This document shows, piece after piece, positions 37,704 through 47,106 of a stretch of DNA of 64,000 nucleotides. Source of the DNA: a virus; IMG/VR virus record IMGVR_UViG_3300031951_000037, positions 32,001 to 96,000 of that record; one strand, 5' to 3'. The position numbers and the translations under genes are program-made. The notes under the pieces are model-generated. The model was not told where the DNA came from. It did no database searches and was given only the letters and a program-made list of their open reading frames with translations. How positions within the stretch are numbered: position 1 is the stretch's first letter; each line of letters starts with the position of its first letter.

Positions 37704-37707
37704 GAAC

Positions 37708-37860
37708 ATGAGCAAAAATAAATCAATAAATGAAGGAAAAATTAAGCAAACTGCTGATAGAAAACCAAATGAAGTTGGCGGGTTTTATTTTTCCTCTGGA
37801 GTTAAGATTTTTGACCCTACTTCAAACGAAGTATTGGTTCAGAAAAGAGGGGATAGTTAA
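37708..37860 (+). CDS. Small 50-aa protein, absent from the ORF track
   Basis: Hand translation gives MSKNKSINEGKIKQTADRKPNEVGGFYFSSGVKIFDPTSNEVLVQKRGDS; follows a late promoter; TAATG overlap with the next gene. Confidence 0.7.
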   Translation: MSKNKSINEGKIKQTADRKPNEVGGFYFSSGVKIFDPTSNEVLVQKRGDS

Positions 37861-38480
37861 TGTCAGTTATTAACCTGTCATACAATGTTGAAGGTTTTCT
37901 AAAAATATATGACCCTAATAATGGGGAAGTATTCGTTGATAAAAAGAATGCCATTAACTATGAAAATATGTCTGAGGCTATCGCAGACACACTAAGTAGT
38001 CGTGGATATGGCGAAATCTATCAGATGGCTTTCGGCAACGGCGGCGCCAGCGTAGACCAAACCGGAGTAATCACATATCTACCTCCTAACGTAACTGGTC
38101 AGAATGCAGCACTATACAATCAAACCTACGAAAAGATCGTAGATGACACGAGCGTATTCAACTTAGATCCTACTCGTAACAAGATGACAGTTTTCCACAC
38201 TACTGGAAATCTTTATACAGATATCGTTGTGCAGTGCTTGTTAGATTACGGCGAGCCTTCAGGTCAAGCTGCGTTTGATAACAGCACCCAAACAGATAGT
38301 ACATACATCTTTGATGAGCTAGGTCTACTAGCTAATTATGGAACTGATAGCAACGGAAACGTGATCACCAGACTATTGACTCACGTTATATTCCACCCGG
38401 TGCAAAAATCATTGAACAGACAGATTCAAATTGACTATACAATTAGAATCCAAAGCTTAACTAATCTAGTAACTATTTAA
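37860..38480 (+). CDS. Putative virion structural protein (baseplate / fibre attachment)
   Basis: 206 aa; beta-rich (IFDELGLLA...LTHVIFHPVQKSLNRQIQIDYTIRI); lies between the mega-protein and the fibres. Confidence 0.55.
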   Translation: MSVINLSYNVEGFLKIYDPNNGEVFVDKKNAINYENMSEAIADTLSSRGYGEIYQMAFGNGGASVDQTGVITYLPPNVTGQNAALYNQTYEKIVDDTSVFNLDPTRNKMTVFHTTGNLYTDIVVQCLLDYGEPSGQAAFDNSTQTDSTYIFDELGLLANYGTDSNGNVITRLLTHVIFHPVQKSLNRQIQIDYTIRIQSLTNLVTI

Positions 38481-38497
38481 AAGAACGGAGTGCGGAA

Positions 38498-41107
38498 GTG
38501 TCATATACTATAGTAAGGACTGATGGTACAGTATTAACGACAATTCCCGACGGTATTGTAAATACCACAAGCACTCCTCTTAGCTTGCCTGGTAGAAACT
38601 ATCCTGGCTATGGTCAGGTGATGGATACCAACTTTGTCCGTTCACTAGAAAACTTTGCAGATAGTACACTACCTGCAAATGCTATTCGTGGGCAGTTGTT
38701 CTTTGACACCACTGATGATACGATGTATATTTGTCCATCTGATGGTGAAAGCAATCTCAGTAATTGGTACCGCGTACTTTCTGCACCGCTAGTTAATCTA
38801 GAACTAACTGATCTTGACGCTTCCGGTGACATTACTGCTAATAATGCATACATTGATAATGATGTAACAGCGAATCACATCATTACAGATTATCTTACGG
38901 TAAATGTCAACGCCAATATCACTGAAGCAAATATCGCTACCGTAGCATACATTGGTGAGGCAAACACTAGAAGCATTACAACTGGTACAAGACCCACATT
39001 AGGTAACATGATCGGCGCTTGGACTGTTAATGGTATAGGTACAATCAATGGTGTTAGTAATACTAGTTTGTGGGTCACCGGCGGTAACTTAGTTGTTACT
39101 GGCCCAGGTACTGTAGGTATTCGCACTAATAATTATATGTGGGCGAATGGCGTTGCAGTGTCATTTGACGGCACCTACACCAACACTAATGTAGCTCTAT
39201 ACATGCCCACTTATGCAGGCAATGTCAGTTTCCCTAACAGCGGAACAGCTTTTAACGGCAACGTATTATCTGCTGGTTCAAGTGCTACTAACGGAACTAT
39301 TGTAGGTAACTGGACTCTCTCCCCAGGTTCATCATTGAACGGAATACCCGCAATAGATGGAGCTAACGTTACCGGTACTGTAGGCAATGCACTAATAGCA
39401 CAATTTGCAAACACTGCTGGTGTAGCTAATACAGTTTCAGTGAACGCACAGCCCAACATTACTAGTTTAGGCACACTAACTTCACTTGGAGTAAATGGAA
39501 ACATTACTGCTGCAAATATTACTGCAAATACCGGTATCTTTGCAGGAAATGCTGCTGGACTATATAACATTCCCATAGCTAACTTAGTAGGAACGTTCCC
39601 TACTGTAGATAATGCATCCAATGCTTCTCAAGCAGACATTGCAAACACAGTTCGTGTTAATGCCCAGCCCAACATTACTAGTGTCGGTACATTGACCGGA
39701 TTGATCGTATCAGGAAACTCACAGTTTACCGGTGAAGTAGTAAGTTTAGGATCAAACAGTAATGTAAGAATAACTGGCGGTTCTGCTGGACAGGTATTGT
39801 CTACTGATGGCACCGGTGCTCTCAGTTGGGTACCAACCGGAGCTGCAAATACTGCACAGACTGTTACTAATAATGCCCAGCCTAACATTACAAGCTTAGG
39901 AACATTATCTAGTCTTAACGTAACCGGTAATATTACGTCAGGTAACGTTTATGCTAATTCAGGCACTGTCAGAGGTAGTCTGTTGACCGGTACATTAACT
40001 ACTGCAAGTCAACCAAACATCACAAGTTTGGGAACGTTGGCAAACTTGACTGTTTCCGGCAACGCACAATTTACGGGGCAATTAGTCAACTTAGGAACTG
40101 TTGGTAATCTCAGAATCACCGGTGGCTCAGCTGGATATGTTCTAACTACTGACGGCGTGGGCGGATTAAGTTGGGCTTCGGCGGGTGCTGCTACTACCGC
40201 AATTACTGTAACCGGTAATGCCCAGCCTAACATTACAAGTCTCGGTACTCTTAATTCACTAGTAGTATCGGGCAATGCATCATTTACCGGACCAAACGTA
40301 TCTTTAGGCGCTATAGCAAACTTGAAGATCGCCGGCGGCTCATCTGGTTTTGTTCTTTCCACAGATGGATCAGGAAACTTATCTTGGGCCCCTACTGGAA
40401 CTGCAAATACAGCAGCCACAGTAACAACTGCTGCACAACCTAATATTACAAGTGTCGGTACATTAACTAGCTTAACTGTAAGTGGCAACATAACTACTAC
40501 CGCCGGACGCTTTATTGGAAGCGGCTTAGGGTTAACTAACGTTCCGGGTGCAAACGTCACCGGAACTGTAGCTAATGCTACATATGCAACCACAGCAGGT
40601 AGTGCGGCGACAGCAACTTCAGCCACAACTGCCACTACCGCAACAACTGCTACGTCAGCAACCTCAGCAGGAACTGCATCGTTTGCAACTAACGCAGAAA
40701 CCTCAAACAGAGCTAACGTGGTCTTAGGGTCAGCACAGCCAAATATCACAAGCGTCGGCACATTGACCTCTCTCGCAGTATCAGGTTCACTCACTAGAGG
40801 TGGTCAAGATGTTATCACACTGGGTGACTTCACTAATAGTTCAGGTTGGACTAGACTTCCAAATGGATTATTGATGCAGTACGGTACCGCAACTGCATTC
40901 AGACAAACATCTACCTTTATTAACTATCCCATCGCATTTTCTTCATTCTCTGTTGCCGTGTGTAGCGGTTCAACTGCATCTAACTTCGACGGATCACAGG
41001 GCGCCCCTGGAGTAATCAATTCTACTACAACCGGGTTTACGACATTCTTCGGCACAGACGGTGGCGGAAGTGCTGTTACAATACGTTGGATAGCGATAGG
41101 ATATTAA
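38498..41107 (+). CDS. Tail fibre with QPNITS(L/V)GTL repeats and a C-terminal fibre-tip domain
   Basis: 869 aa, GTG start; 7 copies of QPNITS[LV]GTL, 3 copies of GGS.G.VL.TDG.G.LSW, an ATTA run, C-terminal SGWTRLPNGLLMQYG; followed by a chaperone gene. Confidence 0.85.
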   Translation: MSYTIVRTDGTVLTTIPDGIVNTTSTPLSLPGRNYPGYGQVMDTNFVRSLENFADSTLPANAIRGQLFFDTTDDTMYICPSDGESNLSNWYRVLSAPLVNLELTDLDASGDITANNAYIDNDVTANHIITDYLTVNVNANITEANIATVAYIGEANTRSITTGTRPTLGNMIGAWTVNGIGTINGVSNTSLWVTGGNLVVTGPGTVGIRTNNYMWANGVAVSFDGTYTNTNVALYMPTYAGNVSFPNSGTAFNGNVLSAGSSATNGTIVGNWTLSPGSSLNGIPAIDGANVTGTVGNALIAQFANTAGVANTVSVNAQPNITSLGTLTSLGVNGNITAANITANTGIFAGNAAGLYNIPIANLVGTFPTVDNASNASQADIANTVRVNAQPNITSVGTLTGLIVSGNSQFTGEVVSLGSNSNVRITGGSAGQVLSTDGTGALSWVPTGAANTAQTVTNNAQPNITSLGTLSSLNVTGNITSGNVYANSGTVRGSLLTGTLTTASQPNITSLGTLANLTVSGNAQFTGQLVNLGTVGNLRITGGSAGYVLTTDGVGGLSWASAGAATTAITVTGNAQPNITSLGTLNSLVVSGNASFTGPNVSLGAIANLKIAGGSSGFVLSTDGSGNLSWAPTGTANTAATVTTAAQPNITSVGTLTSLTVSGNITTTAGRFIGSGLGLTNVPGANVTGTVANATYATTAGSAATATSATTATTATTATSATSAGTASFATNAETSNRANVVLGSAQPNITSVGTLTSLAVSGSLTRGGQDVITLGDFTNSSGWTRLPNGLLMQYGTATAFRQTSTFINYPIAFSSFSVAVCSGSTASNFDGSQGAPGVINSTTTGFTTFFGTDGGGSAVTIRWIAIGY

Positions 41108-41116
41108 GGATTAGTT

Positions 41117-41491
41117 ATGACGATTTATTATAGTCCAAGCACAGCCGGTTTTTATGATACAGGAGTTGTAGAATATCCCACACTTCCTGAGGATTGTATT
41201 GAAATTACTCAAGAAGAACGTGATCTTTATATTGAAGAAATCAATCATAAAAATAATCAGCTTGTGGTTGAAGACGAAAAGTTAGTACTAAAGCTCAAAG
41301 AAGAAATCGTAACTTGGGAGACAGTACGACTCAAGCGTAATGGTTTACTAAACGCAAGCGACTATACACAGGTTCCTGATTTTCCAGGAAACAAAGAAGC
41401 ATGGGCGGCATATAGACAGCAACTTAGAGATATTCCTCAAATGTTTGTCAACCCAGAAGACGTTGATTGGCCGTTTGTACCAAATAACTAA
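41117..41491 (+). CDS. Tail fibre assembly chaperone
   Basis: 124 aa; YYSPSTAGFYD N-terminus and WETVRLKRNGLLNASDYTQVPD...WAAYRQQLRDIP C-terminus. Confidence 0.85.
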   Translation: MTIYYSPSTAGFYDTGVVEYPTLPEDCIEITQEERDLYIEEINHKNNQLVVEDEKLVLKLKEEIVTWETVRLKRNGLLNASDYTQVPDFPGNKEAWAAYRQQLRDIPQMFVNPEDVDWPFVPNN

Positions 41492-41505
41492 GCAAAACAA
41501 AGTAA

Positions 41506-41513
41506 GATAAATA
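41506..41513 (+). promoter_or_regulatory. Late promoter (GATAAATA)
   Basis: Exact intergenic motif; GGAG and the ATG at 41536 follow. Confidence 0.7.
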
Positions 41514-41535
41514 AACGTAACGGAGAAATTTTAAA

Positions 41536-42774
41536 ATGGCTTATACGATTGTCAAGAGTGATGGTAATGTGTTGACTACTATCGCCGACGGTACTATTAA
41601 CACTTCTAGTACCTCTCTTGGCCTACCTGGTAGAAACTATGCTGGATACGGTCAAACGCTAGATACCAATCAGGTACATATTCTTGAGAATTTTGCGGCA
41701 GCTACCCCGCCTGCTAACCCTCTCAGAGGTCAGCTTTGGTTCAATATTACTAATAGCACGTTGTATGTTTGCCCCGCAGACGGAACTACAAACGCAGCAG
41801 CTTGGCTATCACTAACCTCAACTGCCTCAGGCGGTACTACAACATTTGGTAATGTTTCTGTTTCAGGAAATCTCTCAGCCAATAATGCTTCAGTGGTAAA
41901 CACAATCTCTGCCAATGCAATAACTGCTGGATATCTAACAGTATCAACTCAAGCTAATATTGCTAACGCCAACTTAAGCGGAACTACTAGCATTGCAAGC
42001 TTAACTACAACTTCTATCACATCAGGGTCTCAATCAACAAATGGAACATTAACTGGTGTGTGGACTGCTAACGGCGCAGGCACCGCAAACGGCGTTAATG
42101 GTACTTCAATGTGGGTTACTGGTGGTAATCTAGTAATTACCGGCGCAGGGTCAATTGGTATCAGAACTGACAATTACTACTATGCGAACGGCGATCCCCT
42201 TTCGTTCCCTGGTACATATAGCAATGCTAATGTTGCTTCTTATATCCCAACATATGTTGGCAACGTAGGTTCTGCTGGAGGCGCAACTATTTTCAATGGC
42301 AGCACCTTAAGCGCCGGCGCAAATACTACACCCGGAACAATTACCGGTAACTGGACATTGAGTGCAGGATCAAGACTAAACGCTACTTACGCTGACTTGG
42401 CGGAACGTTTTGAAGCAGATACCTCATATGAACCGGGAACAGTAGTTCAGTTGGGCGGTGAAAAGGAAATTACTGCGGTTCAATATGAACTATCAGAAGA
42501 CGTATTTGGTGTTATCTCAAATACTGCTGCTTACTTAATGAACGCAGGCGCAGGAAGTGACGCTACTCACCCTCCAGTAGCGGTCACAGGTAGAGTTGAA
42601 GTTAAGGTTACAGGAAAGATTAAGAAGGGTGATCGTCTTGTTAGTGCTGGGTCAGGAATTGCTCGTGCTGCTAAGTCAGGTGAAGCAAACGCATTTAACA
42701 CGATCGGTAGATCCTTAGAAGATAAAACAACTGATGGCGAAGGCTTTGTTGAAGCTATCGTAATGATTAGGTAA
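41536..42774 (+). CDS. Second (short) tail fibre with a C-terminal intramolecular chaperone (Peptidase_G2-like)
   Basis: 412 aa; first ~285 aa are paralogous to the 38498 gene; C-terminal YADLAERF...FGVIS...PVAVTGRVEVKV...IKKGDRLV is typical of auto-cleaving chaperone domains. Confidence 0.75.
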   Translation: MAYTIVKSDGNVLTTIADGTINTSSTSLGLPGRNYAGYGQTLDTNQVHILENFAAATPPANPLRGQLWFNITNSTLYVCPADGTTNAAAWLSLTSTASGGTTTFGNVSVSGNLSANNASVVNTISANAITAGYLTVSTQANIANANLSGTTSIASLTTTSITSGSQSTNGTLTGVWTANGAGTANGVNGTSMWVTGGNLVITGAGSIGIRTDNYYYANGDPLSFPGTYSNANVASYIPTYVGNVGSAGGATIFNGSTLSAGANTTPGTITGNWTLSAGSRLNATYADLAERFEADTSYEPGTVVQLGGEKEITAVQYELSEDVFGVISNTAAYLMNAGAGSDATHPPVAVTGRVEVKVTGKIKKGDRLVSAGSGIARAAKSGEANAFNTIGRSLEDKTTDGEGFVEAIVMIR

Positions 42775-42786
42775 CAGGGATAAGAC

Positions 42787-43740
42787 ATGACCTACGCACA
42801 ATTTGGACTTATACAGGCAGCAGATTTTAACACATTGGTGGGAGGAAACCCCACTACGACTGTTAATACGCTAAACGCAACTTGGGCAACTGGCGGCGGG
42901 TCAGCAGGTTATGGACAAACAGCAGTAGCTAACGTAGCAGCAGGAGGCAGCGTCCTTGCTAGCACTCAGTGGGCTTCCCTAGTGTCTAACACTGCTAGTG
43001 CAGCATCACACCAAGGCTCAAGCATCACTTCAGTTTCGGTTCCCGTAGCAGGCGGTGTAATTACATACAATGCAGCTATTCCCACTAACTTGACAACTAT
43101 CTATACCAATAGATTAAATGCAGCGGCTCAAAGTTCAACCACAGCGAATACTGCTACTAGAGGAACTACTTGGACAAACCAATTGACGTTTACTCACACT
43201 GCTACTTTTGCTAACGGTAATGCCGCCCGCTATTTCTTCAATGCTGGTGGTCAGATTAAAATGACCGTATCACATCCGGGTACAAATGGCATTGACCTAT
43301 TGTTTAACAATCTAGCGAGTAACGTAGGTACAGTAGTATTGTCTGCACCAACATCAGGTTCAGTATCAATTGCTGGTACATCATATAACGGTATTACTAA
43401 GATTGGTGGAGGCGGCAACACTCCCACTATTTCTCAGAACAATGGTTACTATGCGTTGACTACATCAAACGCTAACGTATTCACGCAGACTGCTAGTACG
43501 GGCCCAAGCGGCTATCTATCATCATTCATTCGCTTCATTGTCCAAAGCAATGGTACACAGGGTTCAAACGGTGATGCTGGATCAGTAATCACTATCTACA
43601 CTATTTGGGATGAAGTTCCTGATGGACTAACTGTAGCATCAGGTTCAGCAACTACTATGACATTGACCCCACCTTCTACGACTAACATTGCTAATACTTG
43701 GGGCTCAGTCACGTTGTCCGGCACGGTCAGCGGTTCATAA
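42787..43740 (+). CDS. Putative virion structural protein (T/S/G/A-rich)
   Basis: 317 aa; composition and position in the fibre module; motif TFANGNAARYFFNAGGQIK. Confidence 0.55.
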   Translation: MTYAQFGLIQAADFNTLVGGNPTTTVNTLNATWATGGGSAGYGQTAVANVAAGGSVLASTQWASLVSNTASAASHQGSSITSVSVPVAGGVITYNAAIPTNLTTIYTNRLNAAAQSSTTANTATRGTTWTNQLTFTHTATFANGNAARYFFNAGGQIKMTVSHPGTNGIDLLFNNLASNVGTVVLSAPTSGSVSIAGTSYNGITKIGGGGNTPTISQNNGYYALTTSNANVFTQTASTGPSGYLSSFIRFIVQSNGTQGSNGDAGSVITIYTIWDEVPDGLTVASGSATTMTLTPPSTTNIANTWGSVTLSGTVSGS

Positions 43741-43767
43741 CTTTTTTAATCACGCAGGGGTATCCAT

Positions 43768-43774
43768 CTAAATA
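43768..43774 (+). promoter_or_regulatory. Late promoter (CTAAATA) heading the glyco-enzyme operon
   Basis: Intergenic TAAATA core, followed by AGGAG and the ATG at 43788. Confidence 0.6.
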
Positions 43775-43787
43775 CTCATAGGAGTTT

Positions 43788-44096
43788 ATGATGGATACTA
43801 AGACCTTAATTACCGAAGCAAAAGCTCGTTTTGCTCACAATTCAGCAAAAGACTATCTAAAAGAAAAGTACAATGCAAAGCTACTCGTAGCAGAGCAGGG
43901 TGGTCTTTGGCGTGCTGACCAAGAAACTATCTCATTCCTAACATCATTCTTAAATGAAGAAGTCGTTCTTATGGATACATTTGACAATCCAGTAAAGGTT
44001 AATCGCCAAGACCTTAAAGATAAGTTATGTGAAACTTATTATAGAGTGATGAACGAATGGCACGATGAGTGGAAAGAGCTTGAAAGTAAGAGATAA
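43788..44096 (+). CDS. Hypothetical protein, 102 aa
   Basis: Strong SD (AGGAG) and a late promoter upstream; no recognisable family. Confidence 0.7.
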   Translation: MMDTKTLITEAKARFAHNSAKDYLKEKYNAKLLVAEQGGLWRADQETISFLTSFLNEEVVLMDTFDNPVKVNRQDLKDKLCETYYRVMNEWHDEWKELESKR

Positions 44097-44097
44097 C

Positions 44098-44271
44098 ATG
44101 ACCGAACTAGTATACGATTCAGATAACGGCATCATCGCATTAGCATTACAAATGTACGTTCACTACGCTACTGAAATGGGCGGCGATCAGCATTTGATTG
44201 ACAGAGCTGGTGAGCTAGAGTTTATCTTTAAGAATAAACCTACAACAGAAAGATACGAGTGGCCAGAATGA
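44098..44271 (+). CDS. Hypothetical protein, 57 aa
   Basis: ATG 1 nt after the previous stop; ATGA overlap with the next gene. Confidence 0.5.
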   Translation: MTELVYDSDNGIIALALQMYVHYATEMGGDQHLIDRAGELEFIFKNKPTTERYEWPE

Positions 44272-45074
44272 CTCGTGGCGTAATACTATTTGCTTTCAAT
44301 AGTCCCAAATACAATTACTATGATATGGCTAAACATACTGCAAAGCGTGTTGAGCATTTCTTAAAGCTGCCTGTTACGTTAGTAACAGATGAAGACTCTA
44401 TGCCTGCAGGAGAGTTTGCGTATTGGGACAAAGTAGTAAAGATTAAGCCGGATAAGAATAACTTTCGTGACTGGGGCATGTGGATCAATAAGGGTCGCTA
44501 TATGGCTTACGAGCTTAGCCCTTACGAAGAAACATTATTACTTGACGTAGACTACATCATCAACTCAAGTAAACTGCTTACCTTATTTGATATTGACACA
44601 GATTTTTGCTGCCACAATAGAACTAATTTCTTAATGCATCCAAATGCACCACAAGAACTACTGTCAGTTTACAGCTATGAGACACTATGGGCCACTGTTG
44701 TGATGTTCCGCAAGAGTACTCGTGCCGAGCAAATCTTTAAATGTTTAGAAATGGTACAAAAGAACTATGAACACTACGCCAACATTCATAATTTTATCGC
44801 CCCTGTATATCGTAACGATTATGCTCTCACTCTCGCCCTTCGTATTGCTAACGGCCATAGTGTTGATTCCCGCGATGTTATTCCTTGGGATTTACTGCAC
44901 GTTGGAAAAAATACGCAAGTTTATCGTAATGGTGATGACCAGTTTGGGACAGAGTATACGGTCATGTTTGACAACTGGCAACGGGGCAAAATAAGAAAAG
45001 AGTATATTACAATCAAAGATCAAGACTTCCACGTGATGGATAAAGAAATATATGTGGAGATGATCAATGAATAA
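44268..45074 (+). CDS. GT-A fold glycosyltransferase (DxD motif)
   Basis: GVILFAF N-terminal strand, YELSPYEETLLLDVDY, RNDYALTLA; start set at ATG 44268. Confidence 0.7.
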   Translation: MTRGVILFAFNSPKYNYYDMAKHTAKRVEHFLKLPVTLVTDEDSMPAGEFAYWDKVVKIKPDKNNFRDWGMWINKGRYMAYELSPYEETLLLDVDYIINSSKLLTLFDIDTDFCCHNRTNFLMHPNAPQELLSVYSYETLWATVVMFRKSTRAEQIFKCLEMVQKNYEHYANIHNFIAPVYRNDYALTLALRIANGHSVDSRDVIPWDLLHVGKNTQVYRNGDDQFGTEYTVMFDNWQRGKIRKEYITIKDQDFHVMDKEIYVEMINE

Positions 45075-45825
45075 AGGCTTTGTCATTATGGCGCAGGGTC
45101 TTGATTATGAAGTCTGTGCAGAAGTTCTTAAGGACAGCATCTTAAACGTGATGCACGATGCCAACGTGACTATCGTTACTACTGATATGCTTCCGTACGG
45201 TGATCAGGCTCCCGATATTGATTGGAAGTTGCAGAATGACTGGCAAGTATACGAAGCAAGTCCATATGACTATACAATTAAACTTGAAGCCGATATGTAT
45301 TTACCAAAGTCAATTGACTATTGGTGGGATGTATTACAGAATAGAGACTTAGTAGTAAGCACTACAATCAGAAACTTCAAGCAAGAGATTTCGGATGTTA
45401 AAGCATATCGTAGATTTATTACTGACAACAATCTACCTGATACTTATAATGCCATTACATACTTCCGTAAAAGTGAGTTAGCAGAAAAGTTCTTCAACAT
45501 TGTTAGAGACGTATTTGAAAACTGGGACCAATACAAAGCTATTCTAAAATGCAACGTTGATGAGCTTTGTACAACAGATTGGGCTTATGCTATTGCTGTA
45601 CATATTCTAGGTGAAGAGAATACTACACTGCCGCAATTCAAAGAAATGTCAATGATACATATGAAGCAATTCATTAACGGTTGTCCTACTCAGAATTGGA
45701 CAGACAATTTGATTTATGAGAAGCTTCCGCACACATTTAGAATCAATACTATTCCGCAACTGTATCCATTGCACTATCACGTAAAAAGTTTAACTAAAGA
45801 ACTTAGGGGAAATAACAATGGATGA
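45067..45825 (+). CDS. GT-A fold glycosyltransferase, paralogue of the preceding gene
   Basis: KGFVIMAQ, YEASPYDYTIKLEADM, TTDWAYAIA align with the 44268 protein. Confidence 0.65.
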   Translation: MNKGFVIMAQGLDYEVCAEVLKDSILNVMHDANVTIVTTDMLPYGDQAPDIDWKLQNDWQVYEASPYDYTIKLEADMYLPKSIDYWWDVLQNRDLVVSTTIRNFKQEISDVKAYRRFITDNNLPDTYNAITYFRKSELAEKFFNIVRDVFENWDQYKAILKCNVDELCTTDWAYAIAVHILGEENTTLPQFKEMSMIHMKQFINGCPTQNWTDNLIYEKLPHTFRINTIPQLYPLHYHVKSLTKELRGNNNG

Positions 45826-46138
45826 AGTAGTTGTTATTTGGGAAAGTCATAAGGTTGCCAAGCCAGAGTTTAGGCTTTATTATGACGATAGGGGATGTGC
45901 TATCGCTTATACCTGTGAAAAACTTGAAGGTAATTACATTATCATTGATGCAACAACATTTGCTGAGGCTAGACCCGACATTAAAGTTGTTGACGGAAAA
46001 ATCATTAGAGATCACTATGGCTCGGTAGTGAGCAAGTTGTGTAAAGACACTGAGGGTGTTCTTTGTGAGGTTGAAGACCTAAGCGTTATCACTGAGACCG
46101 ATGGACAATATTGGAAATTAAAAACTTATGAATTATGA
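45818..46138 (+). CDS. Hypothetical protein, 106 aa
   Basis: Overlaps both neighbours in the operon; no recognisable family. Confidence 0.6.
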   Translation: MDEVVVIWESHKVAKPEFRLYYDDRGCAIAYTCEKLEGNYIIIDATTFAEARPDIKVVDGKIIRDHYGSVVSKLCKDTEGVLCEVEDLSVITETDGQYWKLKTYEL

Positions 46139-47078
46139 TGACATTGTAGATATCGCAGACCTAGACTGCATCTATCTTAGCTATGATGAACCACAGAAAG
46201 AAGAATTTTGGATTAAGATTAAGAACTTGGTTCCATGGGCTAAGAGAGTTGATGGAGTTAAGGGTAGCGATGCCGCACACAAAGCAGCAGGCGAAGCAAG
46301 TGAGACAGAACGCTTCATTCTCATTGACGGCGATAATATGCCTAACGAGGATTTCTTCAATCTACAACTAGACTTTACAGGATTAGATCCTAATTACAAG
46401 TTAGCGCAATATCGTTGGCGTGCAGTTAATGCTATCAATGGCTTGCGTTATGGCAACGGCGGTATGAGTTCTTGGACAAAGACCTACGTTGCCAACATGA
46501 AGACCCATGAAACAAGCGATGGTAGTGACACTACTGCCGTTGACTTTTGCATGGATTCTTCTGATAATCTATACTGGGCGATGCACGACTGCTACTCCAC
46601 AACGTATCCTAACTACACTCCCTTCCAAGCGTGGAGAGCAGGATTCCGTGAAGGTGTCAAGATGGTACTTGATCGGGGTGCAAAGCCCAGTATAGATGAC
46701 TTTAGAGAAAGAGTTGCAGGACGCAATCTAAACAATCTTACTATCTGGCATAACGTTGGCGCAGACGTAGAGAATGGTGTTTGGGCTATCTATGGTGCAA
46801 GACTTGGTACATATATGACTATGCTCACAGATTGGGACCACAAAGAAGTAATGTGGTTTGATAACTTTCCTATTCTTTGGGAAAAGCACAAAAATGCACA
46901 GCCTATTATAAGTTCCGAGATGTTGGGAGATGAGTTGGTTGATAAACTTGGACTACCAATGTGCATGTTAGACCCCGAGCAAAGCAAGTTTTTTAAGCGT
47001 CACTATAACGCAGACAAGTATAACATGGGTCCACTCGTTAAGGAGATGGACGTTATTAGAAAGATTGAAGGCTGGTAA
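46128..47078 (+). CDS. Putative glycosyltransferase (GT-A-like, DGD motif)
   Basis: 316 aa; DCIYLSYDEP...RVDGVKGSDAAHKAA...FILIDGDN...AINGLRYGNGG...AWRAGFREGVKM. Confidence 0.55.
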   Translation: MNYDDIVDIADLDCIYLSYDEPQKEEFWIKIKNLVPWAKRVDGVKGSDAAHKAAGEASETERFILIDGDNMPNEDFFNLQLDFTGLDPNYKLAQYRWRAVNAINGLRYGNGGMSSWTKTYVANMKTHETSDGSDTTAVDFCMDSSDNLYWAMHDCYSTTYPNYTPFQAWRAGFREGVKMVLDRGAKPSIDDFRERVAGRNLNNLTIWHNVGADVENGVWAIYGARLGTYMTMLTDWDHKEVMWFDNFPILWEKHKNAQPIISSEMLGDELVDKLGLPMCMLDPEQSKFFKRHYNADKYNMGPLVKEMDVIRKIEGW

Positions 47079-47106
47079 GTCTCAGCCATAACTAAGGAAA
47101 TAAAAT

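Noticed and set aside
38498-42774. Diversity-generating retroelement or invertible fibre-tip cassette
   Set aside because: No reverse transcriptase or invertase gene is in the window, and I saw no near-identical template/variable repeat pair or flanking inverted sites. The two fibres are diverged paralogues.
5309-42788. Many 60-260-aa antisense or alternate-frame ORFs in the track (e.g. 40009-40794, 7081-7503, 12077-12433)
   Set aside because: They are shadows of low-complexity Thr/Ala/Gly/Asn-rich sense genes, with no start signals or family motifs.
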